The notes under the pieces were generated by a model. That model was not told the origin of the DNA. It did not search any database and saw nothing but the letters and a program-made list of their open reading frames with translations. A program made the translations under genes and the position numbers. From positions 1-64,000 of the forward strand of contig JANMPT010000028.1 of NCBI GenBank assembly GCA_031370005.1: 64,000 nucleotides of DNA. Reading direction: 5' to 3'. Numbering within the stretch: the first letter of the stretch is position 1; each line of letters opens with the position of its first letter. Of the stretch, positions 46,923 to 58,344 are shown one piece after another. Source of the stretch: Bdellovibrionales bacterium (GTDB taxonomy: Bacteria > Bdellovibrionota > Bdellovibrionia > Bdellovibrionales > Bdellovibrionaceae).

Positions 46923-48176
46923 TTAAAATCGATTCGCATCAAGGACTTTCATATCAACAAATGGAGTTTTACCCTCCACAAGGTCTGCCACTAATAAACC
47001 AGTTCCCGCCCCGCTTTGAAGCCCCAACATTTGATGACCTACGGCCAGAATCATATTTGAAATATTTTTGTGATAACCAATGAGAGGAACTCCATCCGGA
47101 GTGCATGGACGAAGTCCAGCCCAGAGCTCTTGTACTTGTAATTCCTCTGGCAAGTGTAAAAAATCCCGAGCACCCTGTTTAATATTTTCCACGCGTTTAT
47201 TCGTAATGGAAAAATCTTGATCAACCAGCTCCAGGGTTCCAGCAATACGCAAGGTGTTCTGTCTTGGGGTGATTGCAATTTTCTTTTCAACCAACATCAT
47301 TGGATACTGAGGTTGTTTTTCCAAAGAGGACACAATTATCGCATAACCTTTGCCGCCTAAAATCGGAATTCTTAATCGTAAAAGCTTCGCCAAACTCTTT
47401 GACCAACTGCCAGTCGCTAGCACCACCTGTTTGGCGTGAATCTCTCCGTGGGAAGTTATTACTTTTTCAATTTTATTATTTGCGATTATTATATCTTGCA
47501 GCTCTGTATTTTCTAAAATCTCACCACCATGGGCTTTGATTTCCTTTGCAAAGGCCTGCACCACCAGATAAGGCTCAGCCATTGCTTCCTGGGAAAAATA
47601 AACACCTCCGAGTAAGGGGCCCTTCAACGCAGGCTCCATCCCCTGAATATCATCCGTATTTAAAACTTTACCAAGGACACCAAGACTCTTGACATAATTA
47701 AGCTCTTCAACAGCCGCAGCAACGCCAGCCTCCGTCCGACTAACCATCAATAGACCCTTTTGCTGAAAACGGATTTCCGGATACTTTTGGCCAAGCTTTT
47801 CATATTCTATCAGGCTCTTTTGCGAAAGAGTCACCAGACAGGCCACCGCGCGCTTTGCCTGAGCTTCATTCATTGCTTTCATAAAACTCACTAGCCAAGA
47901 AGCCAGATCTAAAGAAAATGACGGTTTGATGTAAAGAGGACTCTGCGGATCTACTAACCACTTCATGGATTTCAAAAGCATTCCTGGCATTGGCAGAGGC
48001 ATTGAAAAACAAGGAGTCATCCATCCGGCATTCCCGTAAGAGCAGCCCATGCCAACTGTGCCCTTATCAATAACGCAGACCTTGGCTCCGCGGCGCGAAA
48101 GCTCTGCGCCGATCGCTGTTCCTATGATCCCTGCTCCAACGACTAATATGTCTACTTGCTTCTTTTGCATACTCAT
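46923..48176 (-). CDS. FAD-dependent D-amino acid dehydrogenase (DadA-like)
   Basis: VVGAGIIG, SYGNAG, WAGLRPCTPDG.P, GH..LG. Confidence 0.85.
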   Translation of the reverse strand: MSMQKKQVDILVVGAGIIGTAIGAELSRRGAKVCVIDKGTVGMGCSYGNAGWMTPCFSMPLPMPGMLLKSMKWLVDPQSPLYIKPSFSLDLASWLVSFMKAMNEAQAKRAVACLVTLSQKSLIEYEKLGQKYPEIRFQQKGLLMVSRTEAGVAAAVEELNYVKSLGVLGKVLNTDDIQGMEPALKGPLLGGVYFSQEAMAEPYLVVQAFAKEIKAHGGEILENTELQDIIIANNKIEKVITSHGEIHAKQVVLATGSWSKSLAKLLRLRIPILGGKGYAIIVSSLEKQPQYPMMLVEKKIAITPRQNTLRIAGTLELVDQDFSITNKRVENIKQGARDFLHLPEELQVQELWAGLRPCTPDGVPLIGYHKNISNMILAVGHQMLGLQSGAGTGLLVADLVEGKTPFVDMKVLDANRF

Positions 48177-48367
48177 TAGTTAGGAAGATCCTCTCCAATA
48201 GTCTTTAATATGGAATCCCACTTTTCAACTAGGATTCCAGGGTTGTCTGGATCGCGCTTTACCAGTTCTTTGGTAATAAGCGCAGCCACGGCAACGGCAA
48301 TCACGAGCAGGAGTACATATTCTACGACCACCTGACCGCTGTTTTTTTTAAGGGATGTTTTTTTCAT
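48176..48367 (-). CDS. Small class III signal peptide (Flp/Tad pilin-like) protein
   Basis: Basic leader KKNSG|QVVVEY followed by a hydrophobic helix (E+5, Y+6). TAATG-coupled to the dadA-like gene. Confidence 0.7.
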   Translation of the reverse strand: MKKTSLKKNSGQVVVEYVLLLVIAVAVAALITKELVKRDPDNPGILVEKWDSILKTIGEDLPN

Positions 48368-48381
48368 TGGGAAGATACAAC

Positions 48382-48813
48382 CTAGGCTTCGTACTGAAGC
48401 TCAGGCACCACTTTAAGTGAGGGTTTCCAGTTTTGAATAGCTAGACCAATAGTTTCAATCAAAAGCTCTAAATGATTATCTTCAATAGGGCCACGGAGTC
48501 CCACGACGACATCTTCATTCCACTTCTCAAGCGCCAGTGGCTGCGTGTTTTCATGTTGTCCATCAAACGACATTAAAAAACCTTCCTCAGAGGGATAAAG
48601 CATAACAAGAATGTTTGCTCCCTTGGCTTTGGAAATTTCTTTAGCGCGCGCCACTTCATTGCTCAACTTCTGCTGAATCAAGAAGTAAATCTTCAGGGCC
48701 AATGCCTCATGAAGCTGAGCAAAATAGATGCGGATCGGTCCGTCGAATATGGCCGAATTAAAAGCCGGGTTAAAAAACTTCGACTGCATCAAAGTAGAAT
48801 AAGACGACTTCAT
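48382..48813 (-). CDS. Hypothetical protein
   Basis: 143-aa ORF with a GAGG RBS; no recognised motif. Confidence 0.6.
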   Translation of the reverse strand: MKSSYSTLMQSKFFNPAFNSAIFDGPIRIYFAQLHEALALKIYFLIQQKLSNEVARAKEISKAKGANILVMLYPSEEGFLMSFDGQHENTQPLALEKWNEDVVVGLRGPIEDNHLELLIETIGLAIQNWKPSLKVVPELQYEA

Positions 48814-48920
48814 TTATTTTCCTCTCGAAGAATTGAATCTTTCATTTTCTAAGACTAGGAATACTTGCAGTTCTTTTTCAAAGACTTTTTTAAGAATCTT
48901 AAATTTTAAGATTCAATGCG

Positions 48921-50168
48921 TTATTCTGTTCGCTGATAAATGAGCTTCCCACTCTTATATACAAAGATAGGAGGGCGCTCCCCTATGCTATAGAACATTT
49001 GTCGCCAGCCCCCATCTATGCATAAAAAATCAGCAGATTTTCCAAGCTCTAAAGATCCTACTTCTGATGGCAGATTGAGCGCATAGGAAGCCCCCACCGT
49101 ATAAGCAGCTATCACTTCTGGAAGACTCATCTTCATTTCAAGACGAGCTAGCAAACCCACTAGGTTTAGATTTTGCGTGGGCGATGTTCCAGGATTAAAA
49201 TCAGAGGCTAAGGCCACTCGAGCTCCCTCATTGATGAGTTTCCGCGCCGGAGGATAATTGCATTTCATATATAAATCCGCCGCTGGCAACATCACACAGG
49301 TCACCTGTGACTTGGCAAGTTTTTGAATTTGCTCGTCGCCAATTTGCAAAAGATGATCCCCTGACAGGGCACCAAGTTCCACACAAAGATCACTCCCGCC
49401 ACTCAAAGTGAGTTGATCGGCATGAAGAAGAATTTCAAAACCCATGCCCTGAGCTGTCTTTAAGAAATCCCTGGAGTCTTCTTTGTTAAAAAAGCCTTTC
49501 TCGACATAGATATCCACGCGATTGGAAAGCTTCTGTTTTTTAACCTGAGGCAAGACTTTGTTTTTTAAAAAATCCAAATATGCCTTAGAAGAATCAAACT
49601 CAGGAGGCTTTGCATGGGCTCCTAAAAACGTAGTCACAATACGAGGACCCTCTAAGGACTTTGCCACCTTTAAACATTTGATTTCGTGTTTTTCATCAAG
49701 TGCATAACTAGATTTAATTTCAAGAGTCGTAACACCCTGGCTGACAAACTCATTCACTCGCTTTTGAGAAACAGCCTTTAAAGCTTTTGCAGAAATTTCA
49801 CGGGTTTGCTGCATTGTCGACACAATACCGCCGCCATTCTTGGCAATTTCTTGATAGCTAACGCCTTGATTACGGAGTTCAAATTCTGCCGCTCGATTGC
49901 CCGCAAAAATTAAATGGGTATGACACTCAACAAATCCTGGCATCACCGTTTGGCCTTTAGCTGAAAACTCTTTGAGTTTTTTTTGTTTAGCCAAACTCTT
50001 CGGAATTTTTCTCTGTGGGCCTATCCACGCGATACGACCACTCTCGATATAAATAGCTTGATTTAGCTCAAGACCAAGATCGGCCTCAACAATCCTTCGC
50101 CCCTCTTTTCTCATTGCCGGGCCTAAGGTCAATAACTCACCGATATTAGTTACTAATAGATTTGCCAT
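48921..50168 (-). CDS. hutI: Imidazolonepropionase
   Basis: PGFVECHTHLIFAGNRA.EF, GGGIVST, GVTTLEIKS, HADQL, ASDFNPGTSP. Confidence 0.93.
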   Translation of the reverse strand: MANLLVTNIGELLTLGPAMRKEGRRIVEADLGLELNQAIYIESGRIAWIGPQRKIPKSLAKQKKLKEFSAKGQTVMPGFVECHTHLIFAGNRAAEFELRNQGVSYQEIAKNGGGIVSTMQQTREISAKALKAVSQKRVNEFVSQGVTTLEIKSSYALDEKHEIKCLKVAKSLEGPRIVTTFLGAHAKPPEFDSSKAYLDFLKNKVLPQVKKQKLSNRVDIYVEKGFFNKEDSRDFLKTAQGMGFEILLHADQLTLSGGSDLCVELGALSGDHLLQIGDEQIQKLAKSQVTCVMLPAADLYMKCNYPPARKLINEGARVALASDFNPGTSPTQNLNLVGLLARLEMKMSLPEVIAAYTVGASYALNLPSEVGSLELGKSADFLCIDGGWRQMFYSIGERPPIFVYKSGKLIYQRTE

Positions 50169-50227
50169 GATTTTTTTGTAGCGGCTCTGTAACCGCTTGG
50201 CAAATTAAAATATTGGTTTGAATCTAA

Positions 50228-51307
50228 TCATAACTCAAGGTCATAGAGTTCGGAAGCTTGACTTAAAGGCCCAAGCCTTGCCGAAAGCGCTCGGGCGGCC
50301 TCATCATACTTAATCTCTTCGGATTCTTTTTCTTTCACAGTCAGACTGCTACGAGGAAAAATTAAGACAGGGCAAGGAGCCGCTCGCACTACATTACGAG
50401 CAATACTGCCCAGTAGGGCTACCTTAATCGGGCCACTCTGTCCTTCCATCACAATGAGATCGGCCTGCATATCAGCGGCCTCATGGCAGATTAAATCATC
50501 AATAGAGTCGTCAGCGACAAGCACCTTGACTGCACAATTCACGCCTTCAGACTTAGCCCAGTCGGCCCAGGACTCGGCCCGCCGAGCTTGATGATCCTCC
50601 TGAATTTTTAAAAAATCCTCTCGAGAAACCATTTCACCTTCAAAGCCATACAGAGAAGGATAATAGCCTGAATCCATCACAATACGGGCTGGCATTGGTA
50701 CTGCATGATAAATTGTCATTGATGCACTCATTTGTTTAGCAATTGAAACTGTATGACGAAAAGCTTCACGCGCATAATCACCAAACTCCGTGGGAAACAG
50801 AATCTGACTAAAATGCGTCTCCACCTTCATACCTGCACCTATCACCATGACAGGTGTTTTAGAATGCACCAATAGAGTTTCGGCAAAACTACCCAAGAAG
50901 AGGCGATCCAGACCCCGACGACCATGGCTGCTGACAATAATCAAATCGACATTTTGTTCCATAGCATATTCCAAAAGTGTATCCACCGCTGCGCCGGTTG
51001 CTGCTAATGGTTCCACAAGTATTTTAGGCCTCAATATATGCGGAAAGCCACTCGACATCAGAACTTCTTCTAGATGAATGCGCATGTTTGTTTCAAATTC
51101 ACGCATCCAATCAGTACTATAATCCACCGGCCAACTCAGATCGGTGGAGCTCAAAACAAAGACAGGCTCGATTTGGGCATAGGTCTTGTTCTGAAAAGCG
51201 CTCAAAACGTGAACGGCCTTCTCTTGAAGGTCCTCTTTTTCTTCAAAGGCATCAATGGACCAAATTATTTTTTTCATTTGAAATCTGTCATTCATCAGGT
51301 CCTCCAA
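50228..51307 (-). CDS. Tandem universal stress protein
   Basis: Two USP domains: DLIIVSSHGRRG..FLGSFAE and DLIVMEG..LLGSIARNVVR.APCPV. Confidence 0.85.
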   Translation of the reverse strand: MEDLMNDRFQMKKIIWSIDAFEEKEDLQEKAVHVLSAFQNKTYAQIEPVFVLSSTDLSWPVDYSTDWMREFETNMRIHLEEVLMSSGFPHILRPKILVEPLAATGAAVDTLLEYAMEQNVDLIIVSSHGRRGLDRLFLGSFAETLLVHSKTPVMVIGAGMKVETHFSQILFPTEFGDYAREAFRHTVSIAKQMSASMTIYHAVPMPARIVMDSGYYPSLYGFEGEMVSREDFLKIQEDHQARRAESWADWAKSEGVNCAVKVLVADDSIDDLICHEAADMQADLIVMEGQSGPIKVALLGSIARNVVRAAPCPVLIFPRSSLTVKEKESEEIKYDEAARALSARLGPLSQASELYDLEL

Positions 51308-51417
51308 AGCTACAGGCTCACCATTCCACTAGATGATCATTGATGATTTATGTTACGGCGATTCGTAGGTTTACTGGAGGATATCGCGACAATGCTTATT
51401 TATATGTATTTTGCTAT

Positions 51418-52164
51418 TTATTTTGCTTTTCCCTGGTTCGCCACTGCTTCCATGGCCAGACGCACTTCTTCAGGGTCTCCAATGAATTCTTTTTTTAACA
51501 CTTTAAAGTTCGTATCCAGCTCGTAAATCAATGGAATTCCTGTTGGCATATTGACTCCCATGATCTCATCCGCAGACATGTTTTCTAAATGCTGAATAAG
51601 CGCTCGTAAAGAATTACCGTGAGCGACAATCAATACTTTTTTGCCAGACTTAACTTCGCCAGAAATTGTGTCTCTCCAAAGTGGCAGAAATCGGGCCACA
51701 GTGTCTTTCAAGGACTCTCCACTTGGTAATTTTTTAGAATTTACGTTTTTGTAGCGAGCGTCTTTTGAGGGATGACGAGGATCATCCAAATCCATTGCCG
51801 GTGGTGGAGTGTCATAACTGCGACGCCAAATCTTTACCTGTTCCTCGCCGTGAAGGGCTGCGGTCTCTGCCTTGTTTAGTCCCTGAAGTGCACCGTAATG
51901 ACGTTCATTTAGACGCCACTCTTTGTGGACTGGAAGCCATACTTGATCCACCTGGTCTAGGACCAAATCCAGTGTATGAATTGCTCTTTTTAAAACACTC
52001 GTATAAGCAATATCGAAGGTGAACGACTTGTCCCTTAAAGAGTTTCCTCCTTTGACCGCTTCGTCCCGACCTTTTTCCGAAAGATCAACGTCCTGCCAGC
52101 CTGTAAAACGATTTTCTTTGTTCCATTGGCTTTCACCATGACGAATAAGCACTAGTTTGTACAT
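51418..52164 (-). CDS. gpmA: 2,3-BPG-dependent phosphoglycerate mutase
   Basis: [35 protein letters not shown]. Confidence 0.97.
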   Translation of the reverse strand: MYKLVLIRHGESQWNKENRFTGWQDVDLSEKGRDEAVKGGNSLRDKSFTFDIAYTSVLKRAIHTLDLVLDQVDQVWLPVHKEWRLNERHYGALQGLNKAETAALHGEEQVKIWRRSYDTPPPAMDLDDPRHPSKDARYKNVNSKKLPSGESLKDTVARFLPLWRDTISGEVKSGKKVLIVAHGNSLRALIQHLENMSADEIMGVNMPTGIPLIYELDTNFKVLKKEFIGDPEEVRLAMEAVANQGKAK

Positions 52165-52337
52165 TTTGTCTCCTTAAACACGACTTAATACAGGTTCTCC
52201 TTTAACAAAAAAAGAATTAACATGAGTGGGTCTGCTGTTCATCAAATGCTTTGCGTTTTGCCATGCGTAAAGCAATGACGAAGACTCAAGTTTTTGAAAA
52301 AACAGAGCTATCAATTATTCGCAGAAAAGGACCCACA

Positions 52338-55046
52338 GTGAACCTTGCAAGTCGTGCCAATTTAGAAATCATTGAAGATCTCTATAGACAATTCAAAACC
52401 AATCCCGAAAGTGTCGGCAAAGATTGGCAATACTTTTTCGAAGGCCTCGAATTCGGTCAAGACGGCAACATGGGCCTGTCCGAAAAGGAATTAGATGTTT
52501 ATCACCTCATCACCGCCTATCGTGACTATGGTCACTTCGAAGCACAGTTAGATCCTCTGACGAATACACCTGCCCCTTCGGACCAGTTATCTTTAAATAG
52601 ATTCAATCTTTCAAGCAAAGATTTGGAACAAAAATTCCAAATCGGAAAAATTGTCGGCAAACCAAACGCTTCACTGCGCGAAATTATCGCTCATCTGCGC
52701 GCTTGCTACTGTGGTCGAATCAGCGTGCAAGTCGCAGAGGCCCTTCCTGAGGTTCGCAACTGGTTTATTAAAGAGTTCGAAGCCTCTCAGTTTAAACTTA
52801 ATAATGAGGAAAAAAAACAGGCCTTCACTTCTTTGAACCGCACTGAATCTTTGGAAAAATTCATTCACACACGCTATGTAGGCACGAAGCGTTTCTCGAT
52901 TGAGGGAGCCGATGGCATGATGCCGATGCTTGAAGCCTTGGTTCAACGCTGCTCCCAATTAAAGGCACAAGAGGTCATGATCGGCATGGCCCATCGTGGA
53001 CGCGTGAATGTCCTTGCAAACTTCATGGGTAAGGCCACCGAGTATATCTTCGCGGACTTCAATGGCCCAACAGAACTTGCAGTTCCTATTGATGACTTTG
53101 ATGGCGACGTGAAGTACCATTTGGGTTACGTTTCTCAAAAGGAGACTCCAAACGGCAAGTGCCAAGTGACTTTGGCCTTTAACCCTTCCCATCTTGAAGC
53201 GGTGAATCCTGTAGTTCTCGGGATGGCCCGGGCAGCACAACGCCGCCGAAATGACACAAAAGAACGTAAAACTGTAATTCCAGTTTTGATTCACGGAGAC
53301 GCCGCATTTTCTTCTCAAGGAGTGAATCTTGAGACTTTCCAAATGTCGCAAGTAAAAGGTTACACGGTGGGTGGCACAATCCATATCGTCATCGACAACC
53401 AAATCGGCTTTACCACAACTCCAGAAAATGGCCGATCTTCGCATTATGCCTCAGACACTGCAAAAGTTTTAGCTACTCCTGTGATCCATGTAAATGGTGA
53501 CGATGCCGAAAACTGTGTGCGGGCGATCGATATGGCCCTTCGCTTCCGTCAAGAACATGGTCGAGATATAGTTATTAATATGATCTGTTACCGCAGATTT
53601 GGGCACAATGAAGGTGATGAACCCGCATTCACTCAGCCCTTGATGTACGATATCATCAAAAAGCACCCGACTTTACGGGAGATTTATGGCAAACAATTGA
53701 TCCGCGAAAATGTGATCGATCAGAAATACTACGATGATGCCTTCCAGGAACGCATGGATTCCTTACAGAAAGTATACGAAGAGACTAAAAAGAATCCGCC
53801 GAAAATTCAGCCTTTCAAATTCGATGGCTTTTGGAAAGGTTTTCGTAAGGGAACGGGCGATGATCTTTTACAGCCTGTGAATACAAAAACTGATATTAAG
53901 CTTCTGACTGAGATTGGGACTAAGCTAGGTGAATACCCCGCGAACTTTACGCCTCATCCAAAATTAATAAAGCTTCTTGAATCTCGGAAAAATATGGCCA
54001 CTGGCAAAGAGCCTATCGACTGGGGAATGGGTGAACTTTTGGCCTATGGCTCCTTACTGAGTGAAGGGACCTCCGTACGCCTGACAGGACAGGATTGCGT
54101 GCGCGGGACTTTCACGCATCGCCATGCCGGTCTTTATGATGTAAAAACCAACGAATGCTATATGGCATTGGATCATGTGAACGAAGACAAAGTGGAGTTC
54201 TGTGTTTATGACTCCATCCTATCAGAGTATGCTGTTCTTGGTTATGAGTATGGCAATGCGACTTGTGATCCAACATTCTTAACTTTGTGGGAAGCGCAAT
54301 TTGGTGATTTCGTCAATGGTGCACAAATCATCATTGATCAATTCATAAGCAGTGGCGAATCAAAATGGCAACAGATGTGCGGACTCGTTCTTCTTCTTCC
54401 TCATGGCTATGAAGGCCAAGGACCCGAACATTCATCTGCGAAACTTGAAAGATTCTTGCAGCTTTGCGCTCAAAATAATATGCAAGTTGTGAATCTGACA
54501 ACTCCAGCGCAGCTCTTCCATGCCCTGCGCCGACAGATGAAACGTGATTTCAGAAAGCCGATGATAGTCATGAGCCCTAAGAAATTGCTCCGCTATCCGC
54601 GGGCTGTTTCAAGCCTGGAAGAACTCGCTAATGGCAGCTTCCAAGAGGTGATTCCTGACACTGTTGATAAATCAAAAGTGGACACGGTGGTCTTTGTATG
54701 CGGTAAGCTTTACTACGATTTGCTCGAAGAAAGAGAAAAAAACAAAAAAGAAAATGTTGCCCTCGTGCGCCTTGAACAGGTCTATCCGTTTCCGGCAAAA
54801 CAAGTGGTAGCGGTGCTGAAGTCTTATCCGAAACTGAAGAACTTTATCTGGTCACAAGAGGAGCCTAAAAATATGGGTTCTTTTCAGAATGTATACTTCA
54901 AATTTGCCGAGGTAATGACTCAAGAGGGGCTGAAGCTTGAAATTAAATATGTAGGACGCCCAGAGCGCTCCTCACCAGCTACGGGCTCGATCTACAGACA
55001 CCAGGTTGAACAAAATGAAATTATTCAAGGATGCTTTAAGGGGTAA
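52338..55046 (+). CDS. sucA: 2-oxoglutarate dehydrogenase E1
   Basis: [54 protein letters not shown] start chosen after AAGGA. Confidence 0.96.
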   Translation: MNLASRANLEIIEDLYRQFKTNPESVGKDWQYFFEGLEFGQDGNMGLSEKELDVYHLITAYRDYGHFEAQLDPLTNTPAPSDQLSLNRFNLSSKDLEQKFQIGKIVGKPNASLREIIAHLRACYCGRISVQVAEALPEVRNWFIKEFEASQFKLNNEEKKQAFTSLNRTESLEKFIHTRYVGTKRFSIEGADGMMPMLEALVQRCSQLKAQEVMIGMAHRGRVNVLANFMGKATEYIFADFNGPTELAVPIDDFDGDVKYHLGYVSQKETPNGKCQVTLAFNPSHLEAVNPVVLGMARAAQRRRNDTKERKTVIPVLIHGDAAFSSQGVNLETFQMSQVKGYTVGGTIHIVIDNQIGFTTTPENGRSSHYASDTAKVLATPVIHVNGDDAENCVRAIDMALRFRQEHGRDIVINMICYRRFGHNEGDEPAFTQPLMYDIIKKHPTLREIYGKQLIRENVIDQKYYDDAFQERMDSLQKVYEETKKNPPKIQPFKFDGFWKGFRKGTGDDLLQPVNTKTDIKLLTEIGTKLGEYPANFTPHPKLIKLLESRKNMATGKEPIDWGMGELLAYGSLLSEGTSVRLTGQDCVRGTFTHRHAGLYDVKTNECYMALDHVNEDKVEFCVYDSILSEYAVLGYEYGNATCDPTFLTLWEAQFGDFVNGAQIIIDQFISSGESKWQQMCGLVLLLPHGYEGQGPEHSSAKLERFLQLCAQNNMQVVNLTTPAQLFHALRRQMKRDFRKPMIVMSPKKLLRYPRAVSSLEELANGSFQEVIPDTVDKSKVDTVVFVCGKLYYDLLEEREKNKKENVALVRLEQVYPFPAKQVVAVLKSYPKLKNFIWSQEEPKNMGSFQNVYFKFAEVMTQEGLKLEIKYVGRPERSSPATGSIYRHQVEQNEIIQGCFKG

Positions 55047-55051
55047 CTACT

Positions 55052-56266
55052 ATGAAAATAGATTTAAAAATTCCCGCAGTCGGTGAATCTATCAGCGAAG
55101 CGACAATCGGCAGTTGGATCAAAAAAGATGGCGAGTTCGTGAAACGTGATGAGATCTTGATGAGTATCGAGACAGACAAGGCCAGTGTGGAAGTGGTGGC
55201 AGAAAACGACGGCGTTCTTCACATCTCAACTCCAGCGGGACAGACCCTTGCAATAGGCGCGACGGTTGGCTATATCGATACCGATGGAAAGCCGACAGCA
55301 AGCGCGAGTGCCAGCACGAGCATAAGTGCTCCGCCTGCGGCTGATGCTAAGTCTCAACACCTTTCTCCGGCTGTGAATAGAATTGTGACTGAAAAAAACC
55401 TGGATCCTGCAACAATTGCTGGTACTGGTAAAAATGGCAGGCTCACAAAGGGAGATTTAGTTGCTGCTTCTACATCAGCTCCTGCTCCTACTTCTAGTCC
55501 CGCTCCTGCAGCAAAACCAGCAGCGGAACCAACTGTTGCTCCTGCTCCTCGAGGTCCCACTAAGCAGGGGGACAAAAAAATCGTTCCCATGACAACGATT
55601 CGTAAGCGTATTGCTGAAAAGCTTGTACAAGCTCAGCACAATGCGGCTCTCTTAACTACTTTCAATGAAATCGACATGACGAAAGTCACTGAGCTTCGCA
55701 CGAAGTATAAAGAAAAATTCAAAGAAAAATACGGTGTGAACTTGGGGTTTAATGGTTTCTTTGTAAAAGCAGCGGTAGAGGCCCTAAAAGAGTTCCCAGC
55801 AGCGAATGCCTTCGTTATTGATAGCGATATCGAGTTTCACAACTATTACAACATTGGTATTGCGGTCTCTACAGAAAAGGGCTTGATGGTTCCAAATGTA
55901 AAAGACGCAGACACCCTCACTTTGGCAGGTGTTGAATTGGCAATCCGCGATCTAGCGGGCAAAGGCCGCGACGGAAAAATCTCCATTGATGATTTGAGCG
56001 GTGGAACCTTCACTATCACAAATGGCGGCGTTTTTGGTTCTTTGATGTCCACTCCGATCCTAAATGCACCACAAAGTGCAATCCTGGGTCTTCATAAGGT
56101 TCAAGACCGCCCAATGGCGATCAACGGCAAAGTCGAAGTCCGCCCAATGATGTACGTAGCACTAACCTACGATCACAGAATTATCGACGGCAAAGAAGCC
56201 GTCGGTTTCCTAGTAAAAATCAAAGAAGGCGTAGAGGACCCAGAAAGACTCCTCCTCGAAATTTAA
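55052..56266 (+). CDS. sucB: Dihydrolipoamide succinyltransferase E2
   Basis: Lipoyl [36 protein letters not shown]. Confidence 0.96.
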   Translation: MKIDLKIPAVGESISEATIGSWIKKDGEFVKRDEILMSIETDKASVEVVAENDGVLHISTPAGQTLAIGATVGYIDTDGKPTASASASTSISAPPAADAKSQHLSPAVNRIVTEKNLDPATIAGTGKNGRLTKGDLVAASTSAPAPTSSPAPAAKPAAEPTVAPAPRGPTKQGDKKIVPMTTIRKRIAEKLVQAQHNAALLTTFNEIDMTKVTELRTKYKEKFKEKYGVNLGFNGFFVKAAVEALKEFPAANAFVIDSDIEFHNYYNIGIAVSTEKGLMVPNVKDADTLTLAGVELAIRDLAGKGRDGKISIDDLSGGTFTITNGGVFGSLMSTPILNAPQSAILGLHKVQDRPMAINGKVEVRPMMYVALTYDHRIIDGKEAVGFLVKIKEGVEDPERLLLEI

Positions 56267-56284
56267 GGTACGCCGTACCTTTTT
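56265..56284 (+). terminator. Possible terminator hairpin after sucB
   Basis: AAGGTAC-GCC-GTACCTT followed by TTT. Confidence 0.5.
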
Positions 56285-56370
56285 CGGATGCATCGCGGAA
56301 TTTGGTCGTCCTGCGCCGCGCGAGACAACAAGTCTTGCACCTAAAGTCATGGCCGATTAGTCTTCGGGCC

Positions 56371-58344
56371 ATGACTTTTAATAAAACACTTCTTCGCAAT
56401 ACCGCAAGGGCTTGGGGGCTGCAGGCCTCTTATTTAGTGAATGGCCAAACGGCCATCTGGGCTCCTGAAAAATCTTTGTTAAAAGTTTTGGGAGATCTCA
56501 CTCAAACAACAATTCAAAGTGATGAAGATCTAAAAAAACTCTTAAAACAGCGCCGTGAAAAATACATTCAAGATGGCCTCGCCAAGTCTCAAGTTTTCTG
56601 GGGGGGCAAACCCAACCCTTTAAGCTTGTATTTTGCCAAAAATAAAAAGCCTACAAAACTTGAAAGCAAAGTCCACCTTGAGGATGGCAGCTTCATAGAC
56701 CTTCCTCTAGAAACAATCTCTGAGACAGATCGCGAAAACCACTGGCGCCTTCAGGTCCAATGGAATAAAACACTGCCTTTGGGCTATCACCAACTCACAA
56801 TCAAAACCGATACTCGCAACTTCGAAAGTCTTTTAATCTGTGCTCCTGAAAAACTTGAAACTGCCGAAAAGCTAAAACATTCCTGGGGACCATTCATTCC
56901 CCTTTACGCACTTCGCACTGGGAGCGAATGGGGCATTGGCTCTTTGAGGGAAATGAAACTCGCACTTAAAAAGTGCGGAGAATACGGAGCTCAGTGGCTT
57001 GGCACCTTACCCTTATTGGCCGTGGACTTGGATCCTGTGGACTGCGATCCGAGTCCTTACTCAGCCCTCACCCGTCTTTTCTGGAATGAGATCTTTTTAG
57101 ATGTCGAAGCATTGGTTGAAAAATACCAACACCTAGAAGCCAAAAAACTTATTCAGACCCCCGAGTTCCAAAAAGAGCTGACGGAACTACGAGCATGTAC
57201 TCATGTGGATTACCATCGCGTATACAAACTTAAAAAAAGTGTTTTAAAAATGCTTTCCGAAAGTTTTTTTGCCAAAAAATTAGAAGCTCAAAAAGACTAT
57301 ACTGATTTCGCGGCAGACAATGTAGAGATCAATGCCTATGCAAATTTCCGCTCCAAAGAAATTGGTGAACAGAATTTTCATCGTTTTGTACAATTTGAAA
57401 TGAATCAGTCCCTCCGTGAGCTTTCAGAAACTCTTCCTCAGGGACTTTATCTCGATTTTCCGGTGGGAGTTAACGATGCCGGTTTTGATTTTCAAGAATT
57501 CAAACCCGTGTTCTTTAAGGAAGTTTCTGTGGGGGCTCCACCGGAAGAGGTTTTCCAACAAGGACAGGACTGGGGCTTTCCAGCTTTCAATCCATTTACT
57601 CATCAAGATGAGGGATACCAATATCTTCGCAAAAGCCTTCGCAATCATTTGAAATACTGTAAAATTCTACGCATGGACCACGTGATGGGACTCTATCGCG
57701 TCTATACCATTCCAAAAGGATGGACCGCTCATGAGGGCGTTTATATGCGATTTCCGAAGGATGATCTTTTTGCGATTTCAATGCTTGAAGCCTACAAAGC
57801 AAATGCTGATATCGTCGGAGAAAATCTTGGAACCGTGCCGGCGGCGGTGGATGAACTCATTCACAAAAGAAATATCAACGGCATGTGGGTTCTACAGCTC
57901 GAGGCATGGAGAAAACCTTCCGAGGCTTTCTCTACGATTCCGCAAAATACTATGATCAGTTTCAACAATCATGACCTGCCGATGTGGGCGAGTTTTATGA
58001 AAGGAACAGACTTGGATCTAGTGTGCCGACTAAAGATCCTCCGCGATGATTCTCGAGTGAAATTCCAGAGTGACCGAAAAGCTCAGATGGAAACTTGGTC
58101 GAAATTCGCTGCGACAGAAAACATTACTGTGAAACTGCATGAGGAGCTGGCCAAAACGTTAGGAAAATACTTTGTCGTGACCATTGAAGATTTCTGGAAT
58201 GAAGAGGCTCCGCAAAATATCCCCGGGACCTGGAAAGAGTATCCGAACTGGCGCCGCAAATACTCTTTGCCGATTTCACGATGGACCGAGAATGAACAGG
58301 CCCAATCCATCTTTAATATTCTTAAAAAATATCGTTCTGTTTAA
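56371..58344 (+). CDS. malQ: 4-alpha-glucanotransferase (amylomaltase, GH77)
   Basis: SPYS, LYLDFPVG, GAPP, GQDWGFP, RMDHVMG, GENLG, NHD, NIPGT..YPNWRRK. Confidence 0.92.
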   Translation: MTFNKTLLRNTARAWGLQASYLVNGQTAIWAPEKSLLKVLGDLTQTTIQSDEDLKKLLKQRREKYIQDGLAKSQVFWGGKPNPLSLYFAKNKKPTKLESKVHLEDGSFIDLPLETISETDRENHWRLQVQWNKTLPLGYHQLTIKTDTRNFESLLICAPEKLETAEKLKHSWGPFIPLYALRTGSEWGIGSLREMKLALKKCGEYGAQWLGTLPLLAVDLDPVDCDPSPYSALTRLFWNEIFLDVEALVEKYQHLEAKKLIQTPEFQKELTELRACTHVDYHRVYKLKKSVLKMLSESFFAKKLEAQKDYTDFAADNVEINAYANFRSKEIGEQNFHRFVQFEMNQSLRELSETLPQGLYLDFPVGVNDAGFDFQEFKPVFFKEVSVGAPPEEVFQQGQDWGFPAFNPFTHQDEGYQYLRKSLRNHLKYCKILRMDHVMGLYRVYTIPKGWTAHEGVYMRFPKDDLFAISMLEAYKANADIVGENLGTVPAAVDELIHKRNINGMWVLQLEAWRKPSEAFSTIPQNTMISFNNHDLPMWASFMKGTDLDLVCRLKILRDDSRVKFQSDRKAQMETWSKFAATENITVKLHEELAKTLGKYFVVTIEDFWNEEAPQNIPGTWKEYPNWRRKYSLPISRWTENEQAQSIFNILKKYRSV

